Under the pieces are notes generated by a model. That model was not told the origin of the DNA. It worked only from the letters and a program-made list of their open reading frames with translations, and made no database searches. The position numbers and the translations under genes are program-made. From Calditrichaceae bacterium (GTDB lineage Bacteria > Calditrichota > Calditrichia > RBG-13-44-9 > J075), in assembly GCA_013360445.1 (NCBI GenBank), contig JABWBP010000005.1, positions 20,487 to 84,486 on the forward strand: a stretch of 64,000 nt of DNA, read 5' to 3'. Position 1 is the stretch's first letter; the number at the start of each line of letters is the position of its first letter. Shown piece after piece: positions 7,770 to 16,511 of the stretch.

Positions 7770-9419
7770 TTATGAAAGCGCCAGCGCCTCGGCCAGGTTT
7801 TCTTCGAATTCCCGGAGAATTTCTTTGAACTGATCGGGAGAATAGAAACTGATCTCGTGAAGCATCATTTCCGGCGCCTGCCTTTCGGAAGGCCGCCAGC
7901 GCCAGCGAAAACCGTCATCGGACTTCACCAGCGCCTTCAAACGCCGGTTTTCCCCGTCGCGCAGCAACATGGAAATATCCACCTGCACCGGGGCGCCATT
8001 CACCACCGCGGTCGCCGCAACCTGTTCGTTCTGGAACAGCCGGGGGACAAAAGAAACCGGGTATTTCGAGTAGGTTTTGAGCAAGAAATAGACGTGCAGC
8101 GCAAAGACCCACACCGGGTAAGCGGCTTCCAGGTCTTCTAATTGGAAGGGCGGCACCTGGCCTTTTTTCTTGCGCTCCTGGTAGATCACCGCCCAGAGAT
8201 CCGAGGGATTGGGGATGTAGTTATGAATGGAAATCTGGCTGATGAAGATTTCCAGGGCGTAAGTGGGCAATTTTTCGTAAGTCACGTCGCGCACGTCGGA
8301 ATTGATGATGTTCAGGTGTTCCAGGCTCTCGACAAACTTACGGTGATCCATCTCGCAAATCGCCAGCCAGTCCTCCCGGGCGCCAATGCCGCGCAGGTAG
8401 TTGAACAACTCCACCTGGTTGGCGTTTTCTAACAGCACCTGCTGCACTAAGTGTTTCCAGTTATCCAACTGGTCCTGCACCAGGAAATAATTTTCCAGAA
8501 CGCTGCGCACCTCTTTATCGGTAGAATCCTGCAAAAACAGGATCCGAAACTCTTCCACGCTTTCCTCCACGTTGCCCATTTCTAACTTCAGGAAGGCTCT
8601 TCTTTTGCGCCAGAAGTAGCTTTCCGGTTCTTTTTTCAAAATGGCGCTGATCCTGGCCAGGGCTTCTTCGTGCTGATCATTGCCGGCCAGGTAGCCGGTT
8701 TCCAGCTCTACCAGATCCAGCTCATCCAGGGAGACCAGGTGGGGCACCGATGCTTTCAGGATTTGATACACTTCCGCGGGAGATTTTTTGCCGCTCTGGC
8801 TGGAAAGCTGCAAATAGCGTTTCAAGAGGCGCTTGTTGGCGGGATCGCCCAACAGGGCGTCGCGCATTTTGGTGAAGGCCGCGGCGTGTTTGTTCAATTG
8901 CAGGAGCGCTTCCGCCTGCTGTTCCGCAAACAGGAACGGTTTGCGCAGCAGGGTTTGATATTCGCGGATGAGGTTCAGGGCTTCCTCCGCCCGGCGGTGC
9001 TCGATCATCAGGGTAACCAGGCGGGAGAGCACGTAGAGATCATTTTTGCTCTCCGTGAGCGCTTTTTCATAGTCGGTCATGGCCTTTTTGGAGTCCTGCA
9101 ATTCCTCGAAGATCTTGCCGCGCAGGAAATAAGAAAAAGGCAGGTCGGGATGGTGGCGCACCAGGCGGTTGGTCATGGTCAGCGCCTTTTCCGGCATGTC
9201 CAATTTGAGGTATAAATTAGATAAACGGGTAAGCAAATGGGGATGGTTGGGTAATTTTTCCAGGGCCAACAACAAGGTTTTTTCGGCTTTTCGATAGAGC
9301 TGCAATTCCTGAAATTCTTTTGATAGCGCCAGGTAATTCCTGAGAACCTCCGTTTCCGGAATTTGCTTGTAGATTGCTTCCATGCGAACGATCCCTGTTA
9401 AAGTGTCCCTTTGTTCCAT
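7770..9419 (-). CDS. TPR-repeat protein with an unassigned C-terminal domain.
   Basis: The N-terminal half has repeated 34-residue helical repeats with the TPR A/L/Y pattern. No catalytic motif was recognised. Confidence 0.7.
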   Translation of the reverse strand: MEQRDTLTGIVRMEAIYKQIPETEVLRNYLALSKEFQELQLYRKAEKTLLLALEKLPNHPHLLTRLSNLYLKLDMPEKALTMTNRLVRHHPDLPFSYFLRGKIFEELQDSKKAMTDYEKALTESKNDLYVLSRLVTLMIEHRRAEEALNLIREYQTLLRKPFLFAEQQAEALLQLNKHAAAFTKMRDALLGDPANKRLLKRYLQLSSQSGKKSPAEVYQILKASVPHLVSLDELDLVELETGYLAGNDQHEEALARISAILKKEPESYFWRKRRAFLKLEMGNVEESVEEFRILFLQDSTDKEVRSVLENYFLVQDQLDNWKHLVQQVLLENANQVELFNYLRGIGAREDWLAICEMDHRKFVESLEHLNIINSDVRDVTYEKLPTYALEIFISQISIHNYIPNPSDLWAVIYQERKKKGQVPPFQLEDLEAAYPVWVFALHVYFLLKTYSKYPVSFVPRLFQNEQVAATAVVNGAPVQVDISMLLRDGENRRLKALVKSDDGFRWRWRPSERQAPEMMLHEISFYSPDQFKEILREFEENLAEALALS

Positions 9420-9521
9420 ACCTCAGCCCTGAGGCATTATAACGAAGTGAGCATAATTTATACAAAACCGTCACCCCAATTTTGATGATTTGCCCAAAAT
9501 GGCGGGTGGGAAAAATAAATA

Positions 9522-9602
9522 AGTGAGAAGTGGGAGGTAAGAAGTGGCAAGTAAGAAGTGAGAAGTTGCAAGTGAAAGGTGCAAATTCTCACTTGCAACT
9601 TA
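9522..9602. repeat. GAGAAGT-word heptamer array (8 units, NNNAAGT) ending in a short complementary segment.
   Basis: gtgagaagtgggaggtaagaagtggcaagtaagaagtgagaagttgcaagtgaaaggtgcaaattctcacttgcaactt, in the divergent spacer. Confidence 0.6.
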
Positions 9603-9656
9603 CCCCGTCTTGTTTGTAAAATCAACTGGTAAGCTCACCCTCCCAAAGGAGAAATA

Positions 9657-10058
9657 ATGACCTATGAAGATTGGGTAAGGCAGGTGCCAGATAGCATCAG
9701 GATTGATCCGCTATGGGCTTTTCAGGTTTATCCGAAGGCATTGTTTCTTTCGGATTTGGCCTGGGAGGATAGTGGAAAGATGTTAAAAGATGCCCGGGGA
9801 CGCAAAATCGCCGACCAATTGATTGACAGCGCCGGCTCTGTTAGCGCAAATATCGAAGAAGGTTTTGGCAGGGGATTTGGAAAAGACTATGCACGATTCT
9901 TGAGCATCTCTTTAGGCTCTGCTCGCGAGTGTCGCGGTTGGTACTATCGAGGAAGACGGTTGCTCAGCGACAATGTTCTCCGGCATCGATATCGTCTGCT
10001 GGATGAAATAATCGCCTTGTTAACAACACATATTCAAAAGCAGCGGAAGCATAAATGA
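9657..10058 (+). CDS. Four-helix-bundle protein of the TIGR02436 family (23S rRNA-intervening-sequence protein / Avd-like).
   Basis: SD AAAGGAG at 6 nt from ATG. The central motif SAGSVSANIEEGFGRGFGKDYARFLSISLGSARECRGWYY matches the family core (SNIAEG.GR ... FL.IA.GS). Length is 133 aa. Confidence 0.8.
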   Translation: MTYEDWVRQVPDSIRIDPLWAFQVYPKALFLSDLAWEDSGKMLKDARGRKIADQLIDSAGSVSANIEEGFGRGFGKDYARFLSISLGSARECRGWYYRGRRLLSDNVLRHRYRLLDEIIALLTTHIQKQRKHK

Positions 10059-10192
10059 GAAGTTAGAAGTGAGAAGTTGCAAGTGAGAAGTTGCAGGTTG
10101 CAAGTCAGAAGTGAATCTTCACCACCCTCTCACTTCTCACTTCCCACTTCTTACTTCCTACTTCTTACTTCTCACTTGCAACTTCTCACTCC
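10056..10192. repeat. Long imperfect hairpin: forward GAGAAGT-word array, then the reverse ACTTCTC-word array.
   Basis: tgagaagttagaagtgagaagttgcaagtgagaagttgcaggttgcaagtcagaagtgaatcttcaccaccctctcacttctcacttcccacttcttacttcctacttcttacttctcacttgcaacttctcac. It starts at the stop codon of the four-helix-bundle gene and overlaps the stop of the convergent ABC gene. Confidence 0.65.
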
Positions 10193-11163
10193 CTCATCCA
10201 GCAGCGCACCTCCTGGCCGGAAGGGAGAGAAAGCGGCGGCGGGGGATCGAGCCGGCAGCGTTCCGCCGCTTCCGGGCAGCGGGGGTGAAAGGGGCAGCCG
10301 GGAGGCAGGGCGCCCGGGGAGGGAATCTGGCCGGGGATGGGCGACAGCGCGCCGCGGGGTTTGTCCAAGCCGGGGATGGTTTGCAGCAGCAGGCGGGTGT
10401 AGGGGTGCTGCGGGGAGGCAAAAATCTGCTCGATGGAGGCGCTTTCCACGATCTGCCCGGCGTACATCACTAACACGCGCTGGCACACTTCCGCAATCAC
10501 CCCCAAATCGTGGCTGATGAAGATCATGCTCATCCCGCTCTCCCGCTGCAAATTTTTCAGCAGCTCCAGGATTTGCACCTGGATGGTCACGTCCAGGGCG
10601 GTGGTCGGCTCGTCGGCGATGAGGATTTCCGGGCGGCAGGCTAAGGCCATGGCGATCATGACCCGCTGCTGCAAGCCCCCGGAAAGCTGGTGGGGATACT
10701 GCTGAAAGCGCCGTTCGGGATCGGGGATGCCCACCCGCGCGAATAATTCTAACACTTCCCGCTGCGCTTCCCGGCGGGTTTTGCCGGAGTGGAGGGTCAG
10801 CGCTTCCGCGGCCTGCTCCCCGGCCTTGAGGACCGGGTTGAGGGCGCTGAGCGCCTCCTGGAAGATCATGGCGACGCGCCGCCCGCGAACTTTTTGCAGC
10901 GCTTTCTCCGAAGCCTGCCACAAATCCTCCCCCCGGAAGAGCACGCTGCCGGAGCGGTACAGCGCCGGCGGGGAGGGCAGCAGGCGCAGCAGGCTGAGGC
11001 AGGCAACGGTCTTGCCGGAGCCGCTCTCCCCCACAATGCCCAGGGCCTCGCCGGGGTGGAGATCGAAAGAAATGTCGCGGAGGATGGGCAGGGTTCCGTT
11101 TTCGCTGCGGATGTCGAGGTGGAGATTGCGGGCTTGCAGGATGGGAGTGGTTTTTTCAACCAT
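10186..11163 (-). CDS. ABC transporter ATP-binding protein, oligopeptide/dipeptide (OppD/DppD) type.
   Basis: Walker A GESGSGKT, signature LSGGLQQR, Walker B ILIADEPTTALD, and the C-terminal oligopeptide-type extension with cysteines. Confidence 0.85.
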   Translation of the reverse strand: MVEKTTPILQARNLHLDIRSENGTLPILRDISFDLHPGEALGIVGESGSGKTVACLSLLRLLPSPPALYRSGSVLFRGEDLWQASEKALQKVRGRRVAMIFQEALSALNPVLKAGEQAAEALTLHSGKTRREAQREVLELFARVGIPDPERRFQQYPHQLSGGLQQRVMIAMALACRPEILIADEPTTALDVTIQVQILELLKNLQRESGMSMIFISHDLGVIAEVCQRVLVMYAGQIVESASIEQIFASPQHPYTRLLLQTIPGLDKPRGALSPIPGQIPSPGALPPGCPFHPRCPEAAERCRLDPPPPLSLPSGQEVRCWMRE

Positions 11164-12030
11164 AGTAAAACAGCGCCCACAAAAACGGAGAAGTGAAAAT
11201 AATCGAATCGAAGCGGTCCAAAAAACCCCCGTGCCCGGGCAGCAGGGTGGAGGTGTCCTTCACCCCGGCGTCGCGCTTGAAGCGGGATTCCACCAGGTCG
11301 CCGATCTGCCCGAAAATCCCCACGATCGCGCCGCAGGCCAGGGAGTAGGTTAGCGGCAGGCCGGGAAGGAAAAGCTTTCCCAGCAGCATAAAACTGAGAA
11401 TCCCGAACAGCAGCCCGGCAATCGCTCCTTCCCAGGTCTTGTTGGGGCTGACCGCGGGCGCTAATTTGTGCTTGCCTAACTTGCGGCCGGCGGTGTAGGC
11501 GGCGGTGTCGCAAATCCAGATCGCGCCAAACATGACGATGATCAACCGCCCCCCGGCCGGGGAGATGGGCATCCCGAAAGTGGGCAGCCAGCTTTCCAGC
11601 CCGGTCAGGGAAACGCTCTCCGCCGCGGCGGGCATCCACTCCGCAAAATTCAGGCGCAGGCGCAGCAGGGTGGAGAGGAACAGGGTGATGTAAGCAAAGC
11701 CGGTAATCGTAAAAGTGGCGTTTTTGCTCGCCAGCCCTTCCTGCTTGCTCAGGTGCACGAATAAAATATACACCAGGGCCAGCAGCAGCAGGCTCTCCCA
11801 ATGGCCGGGATAGAAAAACGCCGCCAACAGAAAAAAACTGCTCAGCACTAACGCCGGCGCGCGGTAGGGATAGATCTGCTTGTGGTGGTACATGGTATAA
11901 AATTCCCACAGCGCCATTCCGTTGATGATCAAAATCAAGGCCAGGAAATAATAGCCGCCTAAGTAGGTTAGCAGCAGCAGCAGGGGAATTCCCCACAAAG
12001 CCACGCCGATTCGCTTGCCTAATTCGCTCA
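11156..12030 (-). CDS. cdsA: Phosphatidate cytidylyltransferase.
   Basis: Polytopic membrane protein with the C-terminal signature SPNKTWEG ... GHGGFLDRFDS. The likely start is the GTG preceded by AAAGGAG; the ORF track extends to a TTG at 12055. Confidence 0.85.
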
Positions 12031-12046
12031 CAATTTCTCCTTTGCG

Positions 12047-12165
12047 GGTGTCCAAGTGTTTAAGTGTTCAGGTGTTATAGTGTTTTAGTATTAAGGTGCT
12101 TTCCTAAATTTCGATCACAAGACGGCCATAACACATGAACACAATAACACTTAAACACTTGATCA
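12047..12165. repeat. GTGTT-word array, then a ~30-nt loop, then the AACAC-word array (long imperfect hairpin).
   Basis: gggtgtccaagtgtttaagtgttcaggtgttatagtgttttagtattaaggtgc ... ccataacacatgaacacaataacacttaaacacttgatcac. Confidence 0.6.
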
Positions 12166-12900
12166 CTGTAGTACCCGCGGAATGGTAGTGCGGAAATCCC
12201 GGAACAGGTGGTAGGCGTTTTCCAGGTAATCGACGGCGCGATCCCACTCCCGCTCGCTAACCGCCCGCAGCAGTTGGGCGATTTCTTCCTCAACGCCCAT
12301 AAATTGGTAGAATTGCACCGTATCCAGCAAACGGGCGATCACCCGCTCCAGTTCTTTTTGATTGCGCTCGGAGATGAGACGCAGGAGGGTCAGGTAGATA
12401 TTTTCGAAGTGCAGAATGAAGCTTTCTCTCATGCGCTCGTAGGATTTGCCGGGCGGCGCGGCGAGCGGGTCCGGGGCGAGGGCCGCCTCGGTGAATTTAT
12501 TTTGCTGCTGGCGGTTCAGCAGTACGAAGTTCATCTTGCGGATCAGGTCGCCGCGTAAAAAAGGTTTGGTGATAAAATCATTGGCGCCCATCCGTAACGC
12601 CTGCATCAGGGTGGCGCTGTCGGTGCGCGAGGTGATGATGATAACCGGGATGGCGCGGGTTTTTTCCATTTTCCGCAGCCGCTCCAGGGTCTGGAAACCG
12701 TCTAAGTGGGGCATGATCACGTCTAAAAAAATTAAATCCGGGCGGTACACCAGCGCCAGTTGGATGGCATCCTCTCCGTTGGTGGCGGTAGCCACCCGGC
12801 AATCCCTGCCGGTCAGCAGGTCGGATAGAATCTGCCGGGTAACCGGGTCGTCGTCCACCACTAACACATTGATCCTGGTTTTCTCTGGCTGCGGAACCAT
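12163..12900 (-). CDS. Response regulator with a receiver domain and a C-terminal ~120-aa helical domain of unknown output.
   Basis: VLVVDDD ... D ... the receiver-fold pattern with conserved Asp and Lys positions. The C-terminal half is helical with no recognisable DNA-binding motif. Confidence 0.75.
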   Translation of the reverse strand: MVPQPEKTRINVLVVDDDPVTRQILSDLLTGRDCRVATATNGEDAIQLALVYRPDLIFLDVIMPHLDGFQTLERLRKMEKTRAIPVIIITSRTDSATLMQALRMGANDFITKPFLRGDLIRKMNFVLLNRQQQNKFTEAALAPDPLAAPPGKSYERMRESFILHFENIYLTLLRLISERNQKELERVIARLLDTVQFYQFMGVEEEIAQLLRAVSEREWDRAVDYLENAYHLFRDFRTTIPRVLQ

Positions 12901-12912
12901 CTTCCCCTGTTT

Positions 12913-13887
12913 TTACAAATACCGGTCCACAAACTCTTTCAGCTCGAACACCCCGTCTTCCAGGATAATCTTATCGGCCATGGAAATGGGGGATTCCTCG
13001 AAATAAATATTTTCTACTTGCAAGTTATCCGATAATTTACTCACCAACTCTTTGGGATTGTTTTGCACAAACCGTACCGGGTAAGTCCTTTTTAACAGCA
13101 CTTTGGCGGTTTCCCCGGCCACGAAAAGGGATTTATTCATGTGCTTTGCCATGACGGCGATGGCGTGGGTGCCGGTTTTGTTCACAAAAGTGGTTTCCGT
13201 AAAGCGGTCGGTGCCGGTTAATACAAAATGGCACTCCTCCACCGCCCGGGCGATATCCGCATCCGGCACCAGGCGCACCTTGATCCCGGCTTTGGCGAGG
13301 CGGTAGGCCATTTGGGTGCCTTCATTCAACGGGCGGCTTTCGGTGCAGATCACCCGGAAACGCTTTTTCTGCCGCCGCGCTTCCATCAGAATGGATTCCA
13401 CCACGCTGCTGGCGGAGTGGGTCAGGATGACGTGGTGGTCGAGAATCAGGCGGCATCCCCAGCGGGTAATCACCTTCACGTTGTCTTCCGCGCGCTGGCG
13501 GATTTGAACGATCTCTTCCAGGGTGGCGTCGCGGATGGAGTTGATATCCTTCTGCTCTTTGGGAATATTCTGAATGAATATCAATACGTGGCGGGTGCGG
13601 TTATAGATCAACGCCATCAACGGTTTGGCGCGCACCAGGGCGTTGCTCAACTTGGAGAGAGCCTGAATCAACTCGGTGCGGTTTTTGTACAACTGCCGGC
13701 GAACAAAGTCATCCACAATATCTAACGCCTGGTTGGCCAGGTAAATGGAACCGTGCGTGGAATCATCGCGGATTTTGGCGACGTCCGTTCTCCAATACTC
13801 TAAGCCGTCATCTTCCGAGCCATTCAATTCGTCGATTTCTTTACTTGCCTTGATTTCTTTGCTTGCTTTGCTACTCGACATTTTCAT
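12913..13887 (-). CDS. eIF-2B alpha/beta/delta family protein (sugar-phosphate isomerase-like, MtnA/e2b2 family).
   Basis: Family-typical segments: VILTHSASSVVESIL, RVICTESRP, GTDRF. About 320 aa. Confidence 0.65.
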   Translation of the reverse strand: MKMSSSKASKEIKASKEIDELNGSEDDGLEYWRTDVAKIRDDSTHGSIYLANQALDIVDDFVRRQLYKNRTELIQALSKLSNALVRAKPLMALIYNRTRHVLIFIQNIPKEQKDINSIRDATLEEIVQIRQRAEDNVKVITRWGCRLILDHHVILTHSASSVVESILMEARRQKKRFRVICTESRPLNEGTQMAYRLAKAGIKVRLVPDADIARAVEECHFVLTGTDRFTETTFVNKTGTHAIAVMAKHMNKSLFVAGETAKVLLKRTYPVRFVQNNPKELVSKLSDNLQVENIYFEESPISMADKIILEDGVFELKEFVDRYL

Positions 13888-14191
13888 CCACCCATGTTAA
13901 GTATTTCAAGAATCCCTCATTTACCGGCAGAGCCAGGATTTCCGGTATCTCATAAGGATGCAAAGATTGAATGCGCTGTTCGAGGCGCCCGTAAACGTCG
14001 GTGTGGGATTTGATCATCAGCAGGTATTCGCGGTCATCGCAAATTTCTCCCTTCCAGCGATAGATCGAGCGCAGCCCCGGGATGACGTTGCAACAAGCAG
14101 CCAATTTCTCCGTTACCAGCGCCCGGGAGATCGCTGCGGCGGTCGCCTCGTCGGGAACGGTACAGAGTATAACGTAATATTTTTGATTCAT
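13871..14191 (-). CDS. cutA: Divalent-cation tolerance protein CutA.
   Basis: 106 aa, VILCTVPDEATAAAISRALVTEKLAACCNVIPGLRSIYRWKG ... HPYEIPE, the typical CutA1 pattern. It overlaps the downstream gene by 17 nt. Confidence 0.85.
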   Translation of the reverse strand: MNQKYYVILCTVPDEATAAAISRALVTEKLAACCNVIPGLRSIYRWKGEICDDREYLLMIKSHTDVYGRLEQRIQSLHPYEIPEILALPVNEGFLKYLTWVDENVE

Positions 14192-14250
14192 AGGCTGTCA
14201 AATATAATGATTTCAGATACTTAAAATCAAGCTGATTTTCTTGCTGAAAA

Positions 14251-14333
14251 GTTGCGAGTGAGAAGTGGCAAGTGGCAAGTGGTAAGTGGCAAGTGAGAGG
14301 TAGTAATTCCACTTCCCACTTGCCGCTTCCCAC
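14251..14333. repeat. GAGAAGT/GGCAAGT-word array followed by its complement (hairpin).
   Basis: gttgcgagtgagaagtggcaagtggcaagtggtaagtggcaagtgagaggtagtaattccacttcccacttgccgcttcccac. Confidence 0.6.
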
Positions 14334-14426
14334 TAAATTATTGACATCCGCTTTGCAAATGGCGGAGAGGATTAGTTATATTGGCTCCCGCCATTTTGAG
14401 GGCGCCGGGCTGATAAGCGAATAAAT

Positions 14427-15272
14427 ATGATGATTGAGATCCTCCGACACACCTTTTGGGAGACCCTGGAGATTTCCGGGTTAGTGTTTGTCGCCCTGGT
14501 GGCGATGGACCTGGCCTACGTGTATTCTCGCGGTCAAATGCTCTCCTTCCTGCAAAAATACCCCCGCGCCCAGTACCTCATCAGCGCTTTCCTGGGCGCC
14601 GTTCCCGGTTGCGAAGGCGCTTTTTTAGCGGTCTCCCTCCATACCCACGGATTGATCACCTTCGGGGCGCTGATAGCGGCGTTCATCGCCACCACCGGCG
14701 ACGAAGCCTACGTGATGTTCTCCGAATTCCCTCTCGCCGCCCTGGGATTGACTGCGCTGCTCTTCTTAATAGGCTACCTCGCCGGCTGGCTGGTCGATGT
14801 AGCGCAAAAACGGCGGCGCGGCGGGCACGAATTCCATTGCGTGACGGCTATTTTTCATCCCGCGGTCAAGTTTTCCTTCCGGCACTACACCCTCGACCAT
14901 GTCTGGAACCACATCATCAAGCAGCACATGATCAAAATTTTTCTGTGGACTTTTGCGGCCATTTTTTTGATCGAATGGGCAATAACCGCCTACCAGTTGG
15001 AGCAATTTTTGAGCGACAAACCGTATTTAATGCTCTTAGCAGCAGGGCTGGTGGGGTTGATCCCCCAGAGCGGCCCGCATCTGATTTTCGTGAGCATGTT
15101 CATGGAAAAGACCATTCCGTTTTCGGTTTTGTTCACCAATATGCTGGTGCAAAACGGCCACGCCCTGCTGCCCCTGCTCTCGGTATCGCTCAAGGATTCC
15201 CTGGTAATCAAGGGGATCGGCCTGGCGCTCGGCCTGCTGCTTGGCGGCGCCCTGATGTGGGGGGGCATGTGA
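14427..15272 (+). CDS. Polytopic membrane protein, putative permease with a two-fold internal repeat; family uncertain.
   Basis: About 8-10 predicted TM helices. PGCEG is present in the first half and there is a duplicated architecture. No confident family name. Confidence 0.6.
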   Translation: MMIEILRHTFWETLEISGLVFVALVAMDLAYVYSRGQMLSFLQKYPRAQYLISAFLGAVPGCEGAFLAVSLHTHGLITFGALIAAFIATTGDEAYVMFSEFPLAALGLTALLFLIGYLAGWLVDVAQKRRRGGHEFHCVTAIFHPAVKFSFRHYTLDHVWNHIIKQHMIKIFLWTFAAIFLIEWAITAYQLEQFLSDKPYLMLLAAGLVGLIPQSGPHLIFVSMFMEKTIPFSVLFTNMLVQNGHALLPLLSVSLKDSLVIKGIGLALGLLLGGALMWGGM

Positions 15273-15294
15273 GGGGGGATTGGGTATTACTTAA

Positions 15295-15370
15295 AACGTG
15301 ATGCGTAAAACATAATGCGTAATAAATACGCAATATGCAATACGAATTACGAGTTATGCATCACGTTTCA
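15295..15370. repeat. CGTAA-word array followed by the TTACG-word complement (hairpin).
   Basis: acgtgatgcgtaaaacataatgcgtaataaatacgcaatatgcaatacgaattacgagttatgcatcacgt. Confidence 0.55.
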
Positions 15371-15408
15371 TTCATCGAGCCGGACATTCCTAAACGCAGG
15401 AGACAAAC

Positions 15409-16407
15409 GTGGAAACCCCCTTAATGGTGGTGGGAGATGGAAACGGGAATTTTACCGAGGTTCCGGAACTGAATATGGCGGGGGTCAATTTTGTGAAGCC
15501 GCTTCTGCCCCGGGCGGAAGAGCTTATTCCCCTTCCCCCGGAGGCCCGGCTGGCGGCGCTGCCGGGACGGAACGCCATCGGCTACGATGCGGACCTGGAA
15601 AAATTTATCCCCCTCCGGGAATATGGGGGAACGCGGGTGTTCCCGGCGGCGGCAATATTGCCCGATACCTGCCTGCAACTCCTGCGAAGCGCGTTTTCCA
15701 TGGTATTGGATTCCCCGCGCCTGCCGAACGGAAATTTTACTGCGGTGGGACGCCTGGAAGACCGCTACGTGGTCGCGGCAACGCCGTTGCAGCAAGCGCT
15801 TTTTCCCGATCAGCAGATTTTCGTGATCCAGCCGGATAACGCCGCCTCCGAAACTGTTTTCGCCGCAGCATCGCACTTGAAAAGCGTCCCCCATGGCCTG
15901 GTTCGCTTCGAGATAAACCACCTGGAGCAGTTGCCGGCGGCGGCGGAAATGATCGGTGAAATTCGCTCCCAAACCGAGAAAGGGGCGGTACACCTCGCCG
16001 CGAGCGTGTTCGATCCCCGGCGCATAAAAGCGTGCTGCCGCGCCGGCTTAGACGGCCTGGAAGCGATCACCCATTCCGCCCGGGAAGAGTATTACGAAAA
16101 ATTCGCCGACCTCTCGTTCGACAACCTGCGGGAATCCCTGAAAGCCGTCAGCCAGGCCGGCCGCCGCGCCATTCTACGCTATCGCGTCTTCCCGGGACTG
16201 ACTGACCATCCCCTGGAATTCGAAGCGCTGAAAAAGCTGCTCTCCGAAACCGGGGTGGAATGGATTCGCCCGGTCAATCTGAACGTGGACCCGGAATGGT
16301 ACATGGATCGCCTGATGCTCTGGACCCTCCCGCGCACCCAGGCGGGCATGCGCAAGTGGCTGAAGACCATCGCTGAAAAATTTCCCCACATCCGGGTGGG
16401 ATATTAG
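15409..16407 (+). CDS. Hypothetical protein (332 aa); no recognisable family.
   Basis: SD AGGAGA at 6 nt from a GTG start. Coding-like composition with no motif recognised. Confidence 0.55.
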   Translation: METPLMVVGDGNGNFTEVPELNMAGVNFVKPLLPRAEELIPLPPEARLAALPGRNAIGYDADLEKFIPLREYGGTRVFPAAAILPDTCLQLLRSAFSMVLDSPRLPNGNFTAVGRLEDRYVVAATPLQQALFPDQQIFVIQPDNAASETVFAAASHLKSVPHGLVRFEINHLEQLPAAAEMIGEIRSQTEKGAVHLAASVFDPRRIKACCRAGLDGLEAITHSAREEYYEKFADLSFDNLRESLKAVSQAGRRAILRYRVFPGLTDHPLEFEALKKLLSETGVEWIRPVNLNVDPEWYMDRLMLWTLPRTQAGMRKWLKTIAEKFPHIRVGY

Positions 16408-16424
16408 GAGGACAGGGGGCAGCC

Positions 16425-16492
16425 GGAGTGCAAAACTTCAGTTTTGCACTCCTAAAACGCAGCCAGTGTGCAAAACTGAAGTTTTGCACTCC
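16425..16492. repeat. Two REP-like perfect hairpins, GGAGTGCAAAACTTCAGTTTTGCACTCC and GTGCAAAACTGAAGTTTTGCACTCC.
   Basis: 10-12 bp perfect stems with 2-4 nt loops. The same motif recurs in about 10 other spacers. Confidence 0.7.
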
Positions 16493-16511
16493 TATAAGAA
16501 ACGGGGTGTTT

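Noticed and set aside
9657-10058. Four-helix-bundle gene considered as the Avd component of a diversity-generating retroelement.
   Set aside because: No reverse transcriptase, template/variable repeat pair or target gene within the window. Only the accessory-like protein is present.
10077-11996. Long ORFs 10077-10517 (+), 10172-10921 (-), 10727-11353 (+) and 10866-11996 (-, 376 aa).
   Set aside because: They are alternative frames across the ABC ATPase and cdsA. Products are Arg/Pro/Gly-rich nonsense, and the real genes have Walker and CdsA signatures.
14456-15301. 281-aa plus-strand ORF in an alternative frame of the permease gene.
   Set aside because: It has the same strand and span as the membrane-protein frame but is Arg/Pro-rich with no TM pattern. 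The 14427 frame has coherent TM helices.
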